A stretch of DNA of 64,000 nucleotides from a virus. The translations under genes and the position numbers were made by a program. Numbering within the stretch: position 1 is the first letter of the stretch; the number at the start of each line of letters is the position of its first letter. Positions 9,484-20,584 of this stretch are shown one piece after another. The notes below the pieces were generated by a model. That model made no database searches. It saw nothing but the letters and a program-made list of their open reading frames with translations, and was not told the DNA's origin. The stretch lies in the IMG/VR virus record IMGVR_UViG_2974521666_000001. One strand, written 5' to 3'.

Positions 9484-12400
9484 CCAGCCCGGCAGGCGGT
9501 GGAGCCGCCAATCTCGGTACCGTAACTGGTAAAGTCCGTATCACTTACGAGTCGAGTAACGTTCGCAGCGCTGTCAAAGACATTGAGGGCCTACAGGCTA
9601 CGCTGTCCGACGTAGGCCGGAGCGCGCAAAACGCTGCGTCGGACGTAGACCGCGCCGGTGGCGTTGTGTCCCAGTTTGGTCGAATGATCGATCGGCTGGG
9701 GCAGAAGGTCATTCCCAACCCTGCTGAGGGCCTTGGCACCAGGGTTGAGAACGAAACCACTAGGGCCACTAAAGCTGTAGCGAACCTGCAAAAGCAGGCC
9801 GGTAAGGCGAACGTCAAAACCTCTGTCACAGTATCGCCAACAGAGGTTCGCCTAGATCGGCGTGCGCTTGAGAATTCTCTTGAGCAACAGCAATTTCGCC
9901 GGCTGACTCTTAGAGCCCCTATTCAATTGGCTCCAAGCAGCTTGGAGCTGGATCGCCGGGCATTTGAGAGGGTTGTAGAGCAGCAACGGCTTACGCCACT
10001 GACACTGCGTGCCCCTGTACGTGTGGTGCCTACGCGCGTTGACGTTGACCAACCGCAAGGTGGCGCTAACAATGTCGGCGGTGGAGGCTCCAGTGGCATA
10101 GCAGGCGTACTGCCTATGCTGGGCCGTGTCACTGCTGCTGCTGCCGGTGCTACTGCTGCGGTGGCCGGTGTTGGGTTTGTCCTCACCAAAGGCTTTGGAC
10201 GCCTAACGGCTATCGAGGATGCAACAACCAAGTTGCATGCCATGGGGGTTCAGGCCAAGGACATCGAGCGAATCTCAAAGGCTTCCTTGCAGTCTGTTGA
10301 GGGCACGGCCTTTGGCCTGGAAGAGGCGTTCAACACTGCAGCCGATGCAATTAACGCAGGCATCAGGGTTGGCGATGACCTCAACAAGTACCTAAACGCC
10401 ACGGCCAACACGGCGTCCCTTGCTGGTGTTGGAATGCAAGACCTTGGTAGTGCTTTCAGCCAAGCAGCTATCCAGGGCAAGTTGACTGGTGACGTGCTGC
10501 AGCTGCTTGTGTCTCGTCAGGTGCCTGTGCTCAAGTTGCTGGCTGAAGAGTATGACGTAACCCAAACCAAGGCACAGGAAATGGTGTCGAATGGAGAGGT
10601 CAGTTTTGACCGCTTCATCAACGCTATGAGCAAGACCGGTGGCGCAGCAAAGGCCATGGGCAACACCATCGGTGGCAGCTGGCGTAACCTAGGCGCTGCT
10701 GTATCCCGTTTGGGTGCAAACCTTCTCGCTCCACTGTTCGGTAAGCAGGATGCCGGTGACGCTGGCGTTATCGCCACGGCTATTCAAAAGATCACGTCTG
10801 CCGTAGATGCCCTAGGTAAGAAGGTTAAAGAGCACCAGGGCACCATCATTAGCTTCTTCGAGGGAGTTGCTAAGGTAGGCATTGCCACTGGCAAAGTGTT
10901 TATCGGCCTGGTGACTGTAGTGTCGGATGCCGTGGTGAAGATCACGGAAATCGTTGGTGACCTAACAGGTTGGGTCTCACAGGCCTTTGCCGCTATAGCG
11001 GATACGTTTGGGGCCGACGGCGTTGCGGCCAACGCTCGCCAGTTCGCAGACTCCATGCATGACCTTGGCACTGGCATTCGAGAGATACGAGATGCCAACA
11101 TAGGCAAAGTAAACCGTGCCATGGATCAGGCATGGGCCACGGTTGAGAAGTGGGCCGCTGAGGCGCGGGCTGCCGCCAATGCCAATAAGGACCTAGGGGA
11201 TTCTACAGATCGACTCGCTCCAAAGTTCGTTACTCTCAAGGAAGCTCTCGAGAAGCTTGAGATTAAGGCTAAGTCGGCTGAGGCTGCCCTCATGGGCACC
11301 AACGCCCAGTTCAAGGAATTCCTCGAAGAGATCGAGGAAAAGGGTGGCACGCAGGAACTCATTGATACGCTAACGCGTATCCGCGAGCAGTTTGTCAACG
11401 GTGGCCGTCAGATCAAGAACTATGCGGATGCCATTGACAACCTAAAGGATTCGACGCAAAGCGCAGCAGACAGGGCTAACAGCCTAATTGACGCGCTACA
11501 GGGCCTGGGCCTGCTCCCCGGTGGAGATGCGTTGAGTTCCTACAACGAGGCATTTGAACAAATGACCTCGTACATGTCCAACATCATTGACCTTGCAGAC
11601 ACCACCGGTGATGCACTGGCCAATATGGATGGAACACTAAACCTCAACAGCAAGAACGGCCGAGCACTCCTCGAGAACATCGAGAAGATTCGTCGCGAGA
11701 TGGTGCAGCTCGTCGTTCAGGGCGAGGCTGATCCCGACGAGGCTTACGCGAGAACCGTACAGGGTCTACAGGATTTGCTGCAGCGTCAGGCTGGCATCAG
11801 CCCTGATGTGGCTCAACGGATCATCGATGCATACCTGCCCAAAGACGCGATCCTCGAGTCGCTCAAGGCGCAGAACCCAAGGGACGCTATCGAGTCCATC
11901 TGGGAAGGTGACCCGGCCAAGATCCAAAGCGAACTGGACCTGCTCACTACCACGCAGGACATTCTCGCGAAGATCGTTGGGCCTGATGGAAAGCTGCATG
12001 TTCCTACGGTTTTGGATACACCGGGAACCAATGCCGGTGACGAGACCAACCCGGCCCCAGCACTGCAGGGTCCACCTCACCCCGAAACCGGTACTGTTGC
12101 AGCACCGGACAATACACCCAAGCCGCCAACACCTGAGTTCAGCGGCCCTATCCCCCAGGGGCCTCCAGCCGGCAAGACTGTAGCACCGGAAAGCCTAGGG
12201 GGACTACTTGGTGGACCGGACTACGAGGCTCTGCAAAACCAGATACAGAACGACACTGAATTCCGTAAGAAGTTCTTGGATCTGGCGTCTAACAAGGAAG
12301 CCTTGGATAAGGCTCTCAAGGACAACCCAGAAATTGCCTCCCAGCTGGACGAGCTGGTTAAGCGTGCCCAGGCACAGGGCCAGAATCTTAGCGTTGCATT

Positions 12401-15035
12401 CGCAGAGGGCTTGATTGAAGGCACGCCTGAGGTGCGGCAAGCACTGCTTGAGCTGGCCGGTCTTGCCGGTGACTACCTAGGCAATTCGCCAGCAAAGTAC
12501 GGGCCTTTGTCCGGCAAGGGCTGGACACTGTTCCGTGGCAAGACGTTTACGTCAGACTGGGCCAAGGGTATAGCAAGCGAAAAGGCCACTGCCGCAGGCG
12601 TTACCAGTGATGTGGCGGGTGCAGCTGCAGACGGTCTAAGTGCTAGGGGCGCAACGCCTTTGAACACTCAGATTGAGGGCCTTTTACGTGACTTGCAAGC
12701 GTTCTCGGACATTGGCAAGCACCTGCTTGAGTTCGGTAACCAGATCTCAGACATTGCCTTTAGCGTTGCTAAGTTTGCCAACGACATGTCGGGTGGCAGG
12801 CTGTTCCCCAAGAGCTATATCAAGGACACTACAGCCAAGCAGGGTGGTAGCGCTCTAGGGCCTTGGAACCCAGGCGGTTCCGTGTGGGCCGGTGGTGCCC
12901 GTGGTAGCGGTGGCGCTACTGGTAGCGGCAGCCGCATGGCTGGGGCAGGCAGACGTGGTGGCGCACCAGGGAAGCTGGGACCCAACCCCTCCCAGCAAGA
13001 CATTGCTAACTACATCTACAACAAGGCTCTGTCAGAAGGGTATACGCCAGAGCAGGCCCGCGATTTTGTGGTGCAGGCGTATGGCGAAAGCCATTTGTCC
13101 CCTACGGCTTCCAACCCCGCTGGCTGGGAAGGCATCTTCCAGTTCGATAAGCCCACTTGGCAAAGTGCCGGTGGTGGCAACATGTACGATGCTGCCCAGA
13201 ACGTAGACAACTACTTCCGTCTCGCCCGCCAGCGCGGCCTAACACCTGAAAACTTTACTGCTGGTAGCCAACTGGGCACACAGGTTAGCATTGGTGGGCC
13301 TTGGCATCCGGAGAATGCAGCTAAGGGCCACCTTGATGCAGCGCTCAAGGGAGCCAAGCCTTTCCTTGATGCCATCGGCAGCACGCCGACAGTTACTCCG
13401 CAAACCACTACTGCCACTAAGGCAGCCACGCCCCCGGCCGCCAAGGGTGGCATGGTGGATGTGATCACTCCTGGTGGCCCGATTAAAGCCAAGGCAGACA
13501 TTGCCGAACGCATGGTTGGCAATGGTGCTTGGCAGTATGCAAGCCAAACCGCTACTGTCAGTAAGCAAAGCGGTGACATCACGCCGCCACCTGGACTGCC
13601 GGCTGGTGGTTCTCAAAACACTAACAGCGCATTGGGTTACCTTGAGCAGATTGCAAGCCAGTTCGGCTTGAAGCTGACATCAGGGAAACGTAGCAACGCT
13701 ATGACAGCCAGCGGCAAGAGCTGGCATCTGTCTGGTGAGGCTGGGGACTTTGCCATACCGGGCGTACAGGTCCCAACGGAGAACAAGCGCAAGTTTGCCG
13801 AGTACGTTAGGGACACATTCGCACCCTATATCCAAGAGCTGATCTACAGTGATGATCAGGGTGGCGTCAATCTCTTCCAAGGCAAGCCACACCAGTACAG
13901 CGCCGGAACGCTGTCAGAGCACCGTAATCACGTGCATGTGGCAGTCCGAAATGAGATGTTGGACGCTTTCGCGCAGGCCGCAGCACCAGGGTCCATCCCG
14001 CCAGCGTTCGCCCGTGACACGGGCCAGCAGGGCACGCCTGTGACCCTCACAGGGCAATCCGCAGCGGCCTTGCGGGGCATCTGGGGCAACACAAACGGCC
14101 TGCCTAGCATGCCCGGCAAGCTTGCTGATCTTGTAGAGACAGACCCGGTCTTGCGTGACGCAATGCGCAACCAGTCCCAGTTGACTAGCGACACAGTGGT
14201 TCCCGTGCTGCAGCACCTGGACGGCTTGATTGCTGATCAAGACAAGCTGGGTACACCTGAGTCCAAGGCCCTATCGGAAGCTCTGGGAGGCTACAAGTCC
14301 CAGTTGCAGAACCAGTTTGGCCTGCAAGAAGGCCCATCGGCTTTGGACCAGGCACAGACGATTGCTAGCGGTATTTCGTCTATTGCCACAGACATTTTCG
14401 GTGTGGTCGACCAAGGCCTGAAGGTTGTGGCAGCTACGCAGGATATGGCAAACACCTTTGTGCGGGGCATCGAGAACACGAAAGACGTTAACCGTCTAAT
14501 CGATAACGCGCAGGAATGGATCACCCTGTTCCAAAAGGGCTTCCAAACCGCTAGCAACATTACTGGTTTCGCAGCACAAATCGCTGCAATGGGTGGAGCT
14601 GATCCTACTGGTGGCGGCAGCGCGGCCCAGGGAGGCTTGGCCGCAGCAAGTGCTATCACTGGCATCATTGCTCAGGGCCTTGCAGCAGTGAACACAGCCA
14701 TTGACATTGGCCAAGAAGCCTATGGCATAGCTACCAAGTATGTTGGCCGTTTCATCCAGAGCTGGACCGGCCTCACTGGCTCCAGTGACGTACGGTACCT
14801 ACTGGATGAGGTTAGCGGCAAGGTTCAGGCGTACAGCAGCGACAACCCACAGAACAAGACTGAATTCAATACGCTTGGTAGGCAATTGGGTGCTAGAGGT
14901 TACAGTGACCGGCCAACCGTGATCAACAACAACACTGTGTACCAAGGGCCTGGGCAAGACCCACGAGACACGATGGATGACATGATGTTCACCATTCGAG
15001 CATCTGGACAAGGGGCGTTCGGTTATGCCATCTAA
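9480..15035 (+). CDS. tape measure protein with embedded lysozyme-like and M15-type peptidase motifs
   Basis: 1851 aa, Ala/Gly-rich and helical, after the chaperones. GWEGIFQFDKPTW (about 12990-13260) is lytic-transglycosylase-like. SGKRS..SWHLSGEAGDF..HRNHVHV (about 13660-13960) is an M15/VanY-like zinc site. Confidence 0.9.
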   Translation: MTSPAGGGAANLGTVTGKVRITYESSNVRSAVKDIEGLQATLSDVGRSAQNAASDVDRAGGVVSQFGRMIDRLGQKVIPNPAEGLGTRVENETTRATKAVANLQKQAGKANVKTSVTVSPTEVRLDRRALENSLEQQQFRRLTLRAPIQLAPSSLELDRRAFERVVEQQRLTPLTLRAPVRVVPTRVDVDQPQGGANNVGGGGSSGIAGVLPMLGRVTAAAAGATAAVAGVGFVLTKGFGRLTAIEDATTKLHAMGVQAKDIERISKASLQSVEGTAFGLEEAFNTAADAINAGIRVGDDLNKYLNATANTASLAGVGMQDLGSAFSQAAIQGKLTGDVLQLLVSRQVPVLKLLAEEYDVTQTKAQEMVSNGEVSFDRFINAMSKTGGAAKAMGNTIGGSWRNLGAAVSRLGANLLAPLFGKQDAGDAGVIATAIQKITSAVDALGKKVKEHQGTIISFFEGVAKVGIATGKVFIGLVTVVSDAVVKITEIVGDLTGWVSQAFAAIADTFGADGVAANARQFADSMHDLGTGIREIRDANIGKVNRAMDQAWATVEKWAAEARAAANANKDLGDSTDRLAPKFVTLKEALEKLEIKAKSAEAALMGTNAQFKEFLEEIEEKGGTQELIDTLTRIREQFVNGGRQIKNYADAIDNLKDSTQSAADRANSLIDALQGLGLLPGGDALSSYNEAFEQMTSYMSNIIDLADTTGDALANMDGTLNLNSKNGRALLENIEKIRREMVQLVVQGEADPDEAYARTVQGLQDLLQRQAGISPDVAQRIIDAYLPKDAILESLKAQNPRDAIESIWEGDPAKIQSELDLLTTTQDILAKIVGPDGKLHVPTVLDTPGTNAGDETNPAPALQGPPHPETGTVAAPDNTPKPPTPEFSGPIPQGPPAGKTVAPESLGGLLGGPDYEALQNQIQNDTEFRKKFLDLASNKEALDKALKDNPEIASQLDELVKRAQAQGQNLSVAFAEGLIEGTPEVRQALLELAGLAGDYLGNSPAKYGPLSGKGWTLFRGKTFTSDWAKGIASEKATAAGVTSDVAGAAADGLSARGATPLNTQIEGLLRDLQAFSDIGKHLLEFGNQISDIAFSVAKFANDMSGGRLFPKSYIKDTTAKQGGSALGPWNPGGSVWAGGARGSGGATGSGSRMAGAGRRGGAPGKLGPNPSQQDIANYIYNKALSEGYTPEQARDFVVQAYGESHLSPTASNPAGWEGIFQFDKPTWQSAGGGNMYDAAQNVDNYFRLARQRGLTPENFTAGSQLGTQVSIGGPWHPENAAKGHLDAALKGAKPFLDAIGSTPTVTPQTTTATKAATPPAAKGGMVDVITPGGPIKAKADIAERMVGNGAWQYASQTATVSKQSGDITPPPGLPAGGSQNTNSALGYLEQIASQFGLKLTSGKRSNAMTASGKSWHLSGEAGDFAIPGVQVPTENKRKFAEYVRDTFAPYIQELIYSDDQGGVNLFQGKPHQYSAGTLSEHRNHVHVAVRNEMLDAFAQAAAPGSIPPAFARDTGQQGTPVTLTGQSAAALRGIWGNTNGLPSMPGKLADLVETDPVLRDAMRNQSQLTSDTVVPVLQHLDGLIADQDKLGTPESKALSEALGGYKSQLQNQFGLQEGPSALDQAQTIASGISSIATDIFGVVDQGLKVVAATQDMANTFVRGIENTKDVNRLIDNAQEWITLFQKGFQTASNITGFAAQIAAMGGADPTGGGSAAQGGLAAASAITGIIAQGLAAVNTAIDIGQEAYGIATKYVGRFIQSWTGLTGSSDVRYLLDEVSGKVQAYSSDNPQNKTEFNTLGRQLGARGYSDRPTVINNNTVYQGPGQDPRDTMDDMMFTIRASGQGAFGYAI

Positions 15036-15897
15036 GAACCTGGAGCCGGGCCAGTTCCAAATTGGTAATCTGGTTATGGGTTACTACACCATGTACAGCA
15101 TCGAGCGCTTTGACATTGGCAATTACGATGTAAACGTACAGGACTCACAGGCTCAGGCTAGCAACTTTATTCGGTTTGGCCAGGATACGCTGAAGCCCGC
15201 GCCGGTGCAGTTGACCATCAACTTCCGTAAGAATCGCCAGATGGCCAATGTTTCTGCACTGCTAAAGGATCCAGTGGTCCTGAACTTCGACAATGACCCG
15301 GGGCTTGGGGACCTCCAACGTGAGTGGAGGGCTGAGGACGTTATGCTGGAGTGGGGTGCCACCAAGCCACTGTACTTCTGTGGCTCAGATGGCATTACGC
15401 GTATGTTCTTTGGCCGTCCAGGCAAGTTGGCCTATCAGCTGCAGAGGGTCGTAGACTCCCTATACTATCAGTGCCAGGCAGAGTTTCGCCGGCTGGATAC
15501 GTTTGCTTACAGTGAGACTGAGTGGTACCATCGCTTTGAGCTGAATGAGCCTGAGACTCTAACGCTTACTCGTGGCAATGCTCCGAGCTGGGTGCGGTTC
15601 TTGATCCAAGGACCGGCCAAGCACCCCATCATCAACTTTGGATACCATCAGCTGGAGCTAGACTACGATATTCCAGAGGGTGAGATTGTCGAAATCAGTA
15701 GCTATCCATGGTCTCGTCGTGCAGTGACCAGCGCGGGCAATAGCGTGGCGGCGTACTTGATCGGCGAAGACCCATATCTGGAACACGTACGCTTTAATGA
15801 CCATGAGGCCAAGGAGATTTCATGGAACGCTACCGACACTAACGAAAACACCTCAATGGTCTTGCTGTGGCACGACGCATACCAAATCCTGGAGTGA
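15025..15897 (+). CDS. minor tail protein (distal-tail-like)
   Basis: First ORF after the tape measure gene, overlapping its end. Confidence 0.6.
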   Translation: MPSKNLEPGQFQIGNLVMGYYTMYSIERFDIGNYDVNVQDSQAQASNFIRFGQDTLKPAPVQLTINFRKNRQMANVSALLKDPVVLNFDNDPGLGDLQREWRAEDVMLEWGATKPLYFCGSDGITRMFFGRPGKLAYQLQRVVDSLYYQCQAEFRRLDTFAYSETEWYHRFELNEPETLTLTRGNAPSWVRFLIQGPAKHPIINFGYHQLELDYDIPEGEIVEISSYPWSRRAVTSAGNSVAAYLIGEDPYLEHVRFNDHEAKEISWNATDTNENTSMVLLWHDAYQILE

Positions 15898-15901
15898 GGC
15901 A

Positions 15902-17089
15902 ATGAGTTACTACGACCGGTTCCACTTCATGGTGGAGGACATTCACGGCAATATCATTGCTCGTGACGTTGTCCCTATGGAACCCATAGTGACTCGTATG
16001 CTGTCTGGCCCGTGCGGCATTGAGTTTAAGGTCCACCCCAAAGACCCGAGCGTACAGCTCCCCAATAGCCAAGGGCCAATACAGTTCAAGCCATGGGGCC
16101 ACTGGATTCATGCGCTGAAGGAGGACCTTTCTGGCAACGAGAAGATATGGGCCTCAGCGCTGGTGCAACCCAGTGATGTTGACCCGCAGACCGGAATTCT
16201 GAGCCTCAGAGCTGAGGGGTTTGCCAACTACCCCAAGGGTATTCCGTGGCTGCAGAATTGGAACCCAATCGCAGTGGACCCCTTCGAGATTGTGACCAGA
16301 ATATGGACTCACATTCAGTCGTATGCCAATGGGAACCTAGGGGTTAAGGTCACCAACAAGAACGGGACAATGCCTGCTTTGTCAGGCACGCAAATGCTGC
16401 CCGGCTTCAGCTTCGAAAACGAAGAGTTCGTACAAGATTTCTTCGCGATTTTCATACGGGCAGTAGATCGTAACGACTGTGGGGAATACATCAACAGGCT
16501 GGCCCGTGACATTCCGTTCGACTACTGGGAGGCCACTACCTGGGAGGGTGGGCAGGCCCCGATTGAGAAGTTCATTAGGCTTGCATACCCTTCCGGTGGC
16601 GTAGACCAGGCAAGCTTGATCTTCCGCATGGGTGAAAACGTTATAGCCGCTACGCCAAAGCAAGAGACACAGGTCGAGTGGTTTTCAGACATCACGATCA
16701 ACGGCTACTTTCCTGGGAAGGTATACAGCTCTACGCTATCCAACGCAGACCCAGACCGCTACCGGCGTGTGATGGATGAGGTTGACCTCAGCATTAACTC
16801 GAATGAGCGTGCGGCCGCGTGGGCGAAGCGTAAACTAAGCCGCAGGCAGTACCCCGCAGCACAGTTCCAAAGCCTAGTGATTGATCCCTATCACCCAAAC
16901 GCGCCGCACGGCAGTTTTGATGTGGGAGATATCATTAGGATTCAGGGGCCGGTGCCGTGGGCAGGGGACATCAACGTGAAGCACAAGGTGTTGAGCCACA
17001 CATGGGATGAGCAGAAAGGCGTAGTCCAGCTAGGTGTCATGGCAGAGGGTGCGTTCAACTACGACCCGATTGAGTACGTGGAGCCATAA
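15902..17089 (+). CDS. minor tail protein
   Basis: ATG 15902 after GGAGTGAGG, inside ORF 15797..17089. Confidence 0.6.
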   Translation: MSYYDRFHFMVEDIHGNIIARDVVPMEPIVTRMLSGPCGIEFKVHPKDPSVQLPNSQGPIQFKPWGHWIHALKEDLSGNEKIWASALVQPSDVDPQTGILSLRAEGFANYPKGIPWLQNWNPIAVDPFEIVTRIWTHIQSYANGNLGVKVTNKNGTMPALSGTQMLPGFSFENEEFVQDFFAIFIRAVDRNDCGEYINRLARDIPFDYWEATTWEGGQAPIEKFIRLAYPSGGVDQASLIFRMGENVIAATPKQETQVEWFSDITINGYFPGKVYSSTLSNADPDRYRRVMDEVDLSINSNERAAAWAKRKLSRRQYPAAQFQSLVIDPYHPNAPHGSFDVGDIIRIQGPVPWAGDINVKHKVLSHTWDEQKGVVQLGVMAEGAFNYDPIEYVEP

Positions 17090-20000
17090 GTGACAAGCTT
17101 TTTGACGGGCGGTATGGCCGGTATCGGCAGCGGTGGCACAGGGTCAGCCGCTTCTAAAGCCCTGCGAGAGATTGACTCTCAGAAGATTAGTTACGCTAAC
17201 AAAGACTTTGTCAAGAACATTGCGTGGCTGAACCAAAGCGTAGACACGCTAAGCTCTTACACCCAGAAGCTTGAGGCCGGTGTCACACAGGCCAACATGA
17301 ATGCCCTAGAGCAGCTACAGGGTATCTGGGGAGACCTGTTTATTCTCTTTGCCGGTGGTGAGCCGACCGGTATTGAGTTGGGAGACATTAAGTATGTCAT
17401 CCAGGGCATCGGGGCGTTCTTTGGCATCAACCCCGACACGCCGTTCCCGCTGAACCTCGTTGAGGCAGCAACCCACATGCTCACCACGTATATCATTCCG
17501 TTGCCTCAATTTACGGACGTGATATTCGACTCAATCCTGCTGTGGGCAGAGGACTTTGGGCTGTCAGAAGACTTCATTGAGGCAGTCACTAACTTCCGGG
17601 ATGCCATAGAGGGACTAGGCACTAGCTTTGAAGGCTTCTTTGACGCAATCGGTGAGCTGCTCGGGGCGTTTGGCCTTTTGGAGTGGACCAGCACAAGCGG
17701 CATCGGTGAGTTGTGGGATGCACTGGTAGACTTCATCGGTGGCATCGGCAACCTTGAGTTGCTCAAACCCGTACTGCAGCTACTGGCTAATCTTGGCGTG
17801 CCGTTTATCAACGCCCTCACTGCAATCGTCAACGGTGGCAGCACCTTCCTCGGCTTCATCAGTGGCAGTCAGATTCGCTCTCTAGGCGATAACGTTGCAC
17901 CCGCCGCCAGCGCGGACACGACAGTGTGGAGCGTGGGTGGCAGTGCAACAACAGGCTGGACATTCGACGGTACCGTCAACGCCACCGGCACAGCACCGGG
18001 CAGCCTTACCACCATCGGTAATGGCATCGCGAAACGAGTATGGACACAGACGATCTACAAAGCCACCCCAGGCACCAAGTTCGTCATTGGCGGCAAGCTC
18101 CGCTGGCTTGGTATTCCGTTGGCTTCCAACGATATACAGCTGCAGCTGGTTTGGTTCAATGGTGAAACTGAAGTTAGCACTAGCCATGTCAGCATACCAG
18201 CCGGCCACGGTACTACTGGTGGATTTGTTACTGTCACATCAGAAGACATTGTCGTTCCGAACAACGTTGATGGCTTCAGAATCGCTGCGTGGGTAGGCAC
18301 TAGCATCAACACCGGCCAAGTGTGGGTTGACGACATCACCGTACAGCGTAGCGGTGGTATTGATGTCAACCTGATCGACGGCCTGATTGACTTCATCAAG
18401 CAGATTCCAATTAACGCAGCCAAGCTGATTGGTCTCATACCGTCACATCTGTTCGGTGGCGTACCCATATCAACACTAATTGATACGCCGCAAAACGTGT
18501 GGGCCTTAGGGGCATTCCCTCCAGAATCGGTTGAGGGACAAAGTATCTGGCACCTGGACACTGGCATTACCAAGAGCGCAGACGGCACTGGCAGTGTGCG
18601 CACCACTGCTGACGGCAGCCCGAAAGCCTTGCGGGGCATTGAGACTCCTGTTCACCCCCGGCAACGTCTGGAAATGACTGCCCAGGTGCAGTGGCAGAAC
18701 TTTGAGGGCACAGGCGAACCCATTCAGTTGCACTTGGTGCTGTACAAGCGTACGGGCACAGACGAATTCGGTGCCCCGGTATACACCGAAACCGGCTACC
18801 ACGAGGTGGCCAAGTTTGCCCCGTTCAGTGAAACGGGTGGCTGGACTGAAATCACTGGAACATATGAAGTTCCGAATGAAAACGTGGACATGGTTCGCCC
18901 TCGGCTGTATGTCGACGGTAGTGCCACAGCAGGTTTGGTGCGATTCGATGATGTCAAAGGATTCCTGCGCAACAAGATTCTTCCAGAGTGGGTTGAGGGC
19001 CTGCTTGAAGAGTTTCAAGAGATGCTCGCCCGGTGGCACCTGCTGAAGGACTCAATCTTTAACGCTCTCACCGGCAGTAGTGCATTCCTGGTAGAAATTG
19101 CCGATCTTGTAGAGTCACTACTCAACATTCCACAGATTAACATTATCGGATGGGGTGGGCCAGGCAACCTACTAGAGGCCCTAGAGGCTTTCGCTAATGC
19201 CATCGTTGGCGGTGCCGTAGGCGTTGTCGACGGCGTCGGAGCTGGGCTGGCAGACATCATTAACGTTCTGAACCTAGTGAGCCAACGTGCAAGCCAGGGC
19301 CAGAATGCATGGGAAGTGCTCGGAATCCGTAACAACACATCTATTCTCAGTGGTCTGCTAAAGACGAGCAGGGCCAACAGGAACCTGGACAAGGTCACCG
19401 GCAACGCCAGCGCCGTCTACTTTGCCGCAACACAGTCTAATACGGCCGTTATTAGTGACCGTGTGGAAGTGTCTCAGCCTCTAGGCGTTATCCGATGGAT
19501 AGGATACCCAGGCACCGGAATTACTGAGCTGTATATCAATATCTGGAAGGTCGAGGCCGACGCGTCCAAAACCCTAGTCCACCACTCTCCTAACATTGTT
19601 GGGGCTATCGACCCGACAGCCACATCTGGCAATCCGAAGTACATGCACTATGAGATTGAGGACAAGCTGGCACAGGTGGCCGGTGAGGAGTACTTCGTGC
19701 AGTGGGTGCCTGTTGGTGGCACTCTGTACCTGTTGGCAGACCAAGAAGGTAGCTACACACCAGTTGACACGGCAGCCACCATCGAGGCGTTCGCGTTTAC
19801 CCGTAGTGAGACTACGCCAAACGCGCCGGCTAGTGCCCTGGACAGAGAAGACTTCACTCCGGTTCATACAATCCCTTACGGAGAGTTCGCAATTGACCTT
19901 GGAGACTATTCTGGTCACCATGAACCTCTGGACCTGTACGTCACGGAAGAGGGCAGCCGCGTTGTTCCAGATTGGGTGAATCACGTTGACTACGTAATCG

Positions 20001-20584
20001 TTCCTGCAGCTGGTGGAGGCCGCGCGGGAGCCACTGGTGGTTTCTATGGCGAAAGCGGTGAGGCAGGCCCATTTGTTGCTGGAACTTGGCACAGAGGTAG
20101 CGATTTCAGCGGTAGCGGCGTGATCGTTGACATTGAGAAGCTGGGCCGTGGCGGTAACGGTGGCACACTACTTGATCCGTTTGGCAAACCTGGTACTGAG
20201 ACAATAATTTCTATCCCCACAGCTAGTGTCACCGTACCGGGCTGTGCCGGTGGCGTTGACCTACGCTTTGGTCTGGCTAGTGTTGGTAAGAGTCCTGGCA
20301 CGTATGAGTACAAGGGGATGAAATGCAAGGCCGGTGGGCAACAAAAGGTGTTCGGTGGCGATGGCGCATTCCCTGGAGGTGCAGGTAACGGCGGCAACTT
20401 TGCTTTGTTCCAAAGTGGAGGTAAGGGTGCCGGAGCTGCTGTGTGGCTACGGTTTAGGCAGGACGCCTTGGACGATGAAGTGTCAGAGGAAGATAACCAG
20501 CCGCCCACTCCACCTACTCTCATCAGCGTAGTCGAAAAGGGCTCGAGCTTCATTACCGTTGAGGCAGAGGGAGGTACGGACTAA
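17090..20584 (+). CDS. minor tail protein with glycine-rich C-terminal region
   Basis: 1164 aa. The C-terminus GGGRAGATGGFYGESGEAG..GGNGG..GGKGAGAA is typical of actinophage tail tip proteins. Confidence 0.65.
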   Translation: MTSFLTGGMAGIGSGGTGSAASKALREIDSQKISYANKDFVKNIAWLNQSVDTLSSYTQKLEAGVTQANMNALEQLQGIWGDLFILFAGGEPTGIELGDIKYVIQGIGAFFGINPDTPFPLNLVEAATHMLTTYIIPLPQFTDVIFDSILLWAEDFGLSEDFIEAVTNFRDAIEGLGTSFEGFFDAIGELLGAFGLLEWTSTSGIGELWDALVDFIGGIGNLELLKPVLQLLANLGVPFINALTAIVNGGSTFLGFISGSQIRSLGDNVAPAASADTTVWSVGGSATTGWTFDGTVNATGTAPGSLTTIGNGIAKRVWTQTIYKATPGTKFVIGGKLRWLGIPLASNDIQLQLVWFNGETEVSTSHVSIPAGHGTTGGFVTVTSEDIVVPNNVDGFRIAAWVGTSINTGQVWVDDITVQRSGGIDVNLIDGLIDFIKQIPINAAKLIGLIPSHLFGGVPISTLIDTPQNVWALGAFPPESVEGQSIWHLDTGITKSADGTGSVRTTADGSPKALRGIETPVHPRQRLEMTAQVQWQNFEGTGEPIQLHLVLYKRTGTDEFGAPVYTETGYHEVAKFAPFSETGGWTEITGTYEVPNENVDMVRPRLYVDGSATAGLVRFDDVKGFLRNKILPEWVEGLLEEFQEMLARWHLLKDSIFNALTGSSAFLVEIADLVESLLNIPQINIIGWGGPGNLLEALEAFANAIVGGAVGVVDGVGAGLADIINVLNLVSQRASQGQNAWEVLGIRNNTSILSGLLKTSRANRNLDKVTGNASAVYFAATQSNTAVISDRVEVSQPLGVIRWIGYPGTGITELYINIWKVEADASKTLVHHSPNIVGAIDPTATSGNPKYMHYEIEDKLAQVAGEEYFVQWVPVGGTLYLLADQEGSYTPVDTAATIEAFAFTRSETTPNAPASALDREDFTPVHTIPYGEFAIDLGDYSGHHEPLDLYVTEEGSRVVPDWVNHVDYVIVPAAGGGRAGATGGFYGESGEAGPFVAGTWHRGSDFSGSGVIVDIEKLGRGGNGGTLLDPFGKPGTETIISIPTASVTVPGCAGGVDLRFGLASVGKSPGTYEYKGMKCKAGGQQKVFGGDGAFPGGAGNGGNFALFQSGGKGAGAAVWLRFRQDALDDEVSEEDNQPPTPPTLISVVEKGSSFITVEAEGGTD

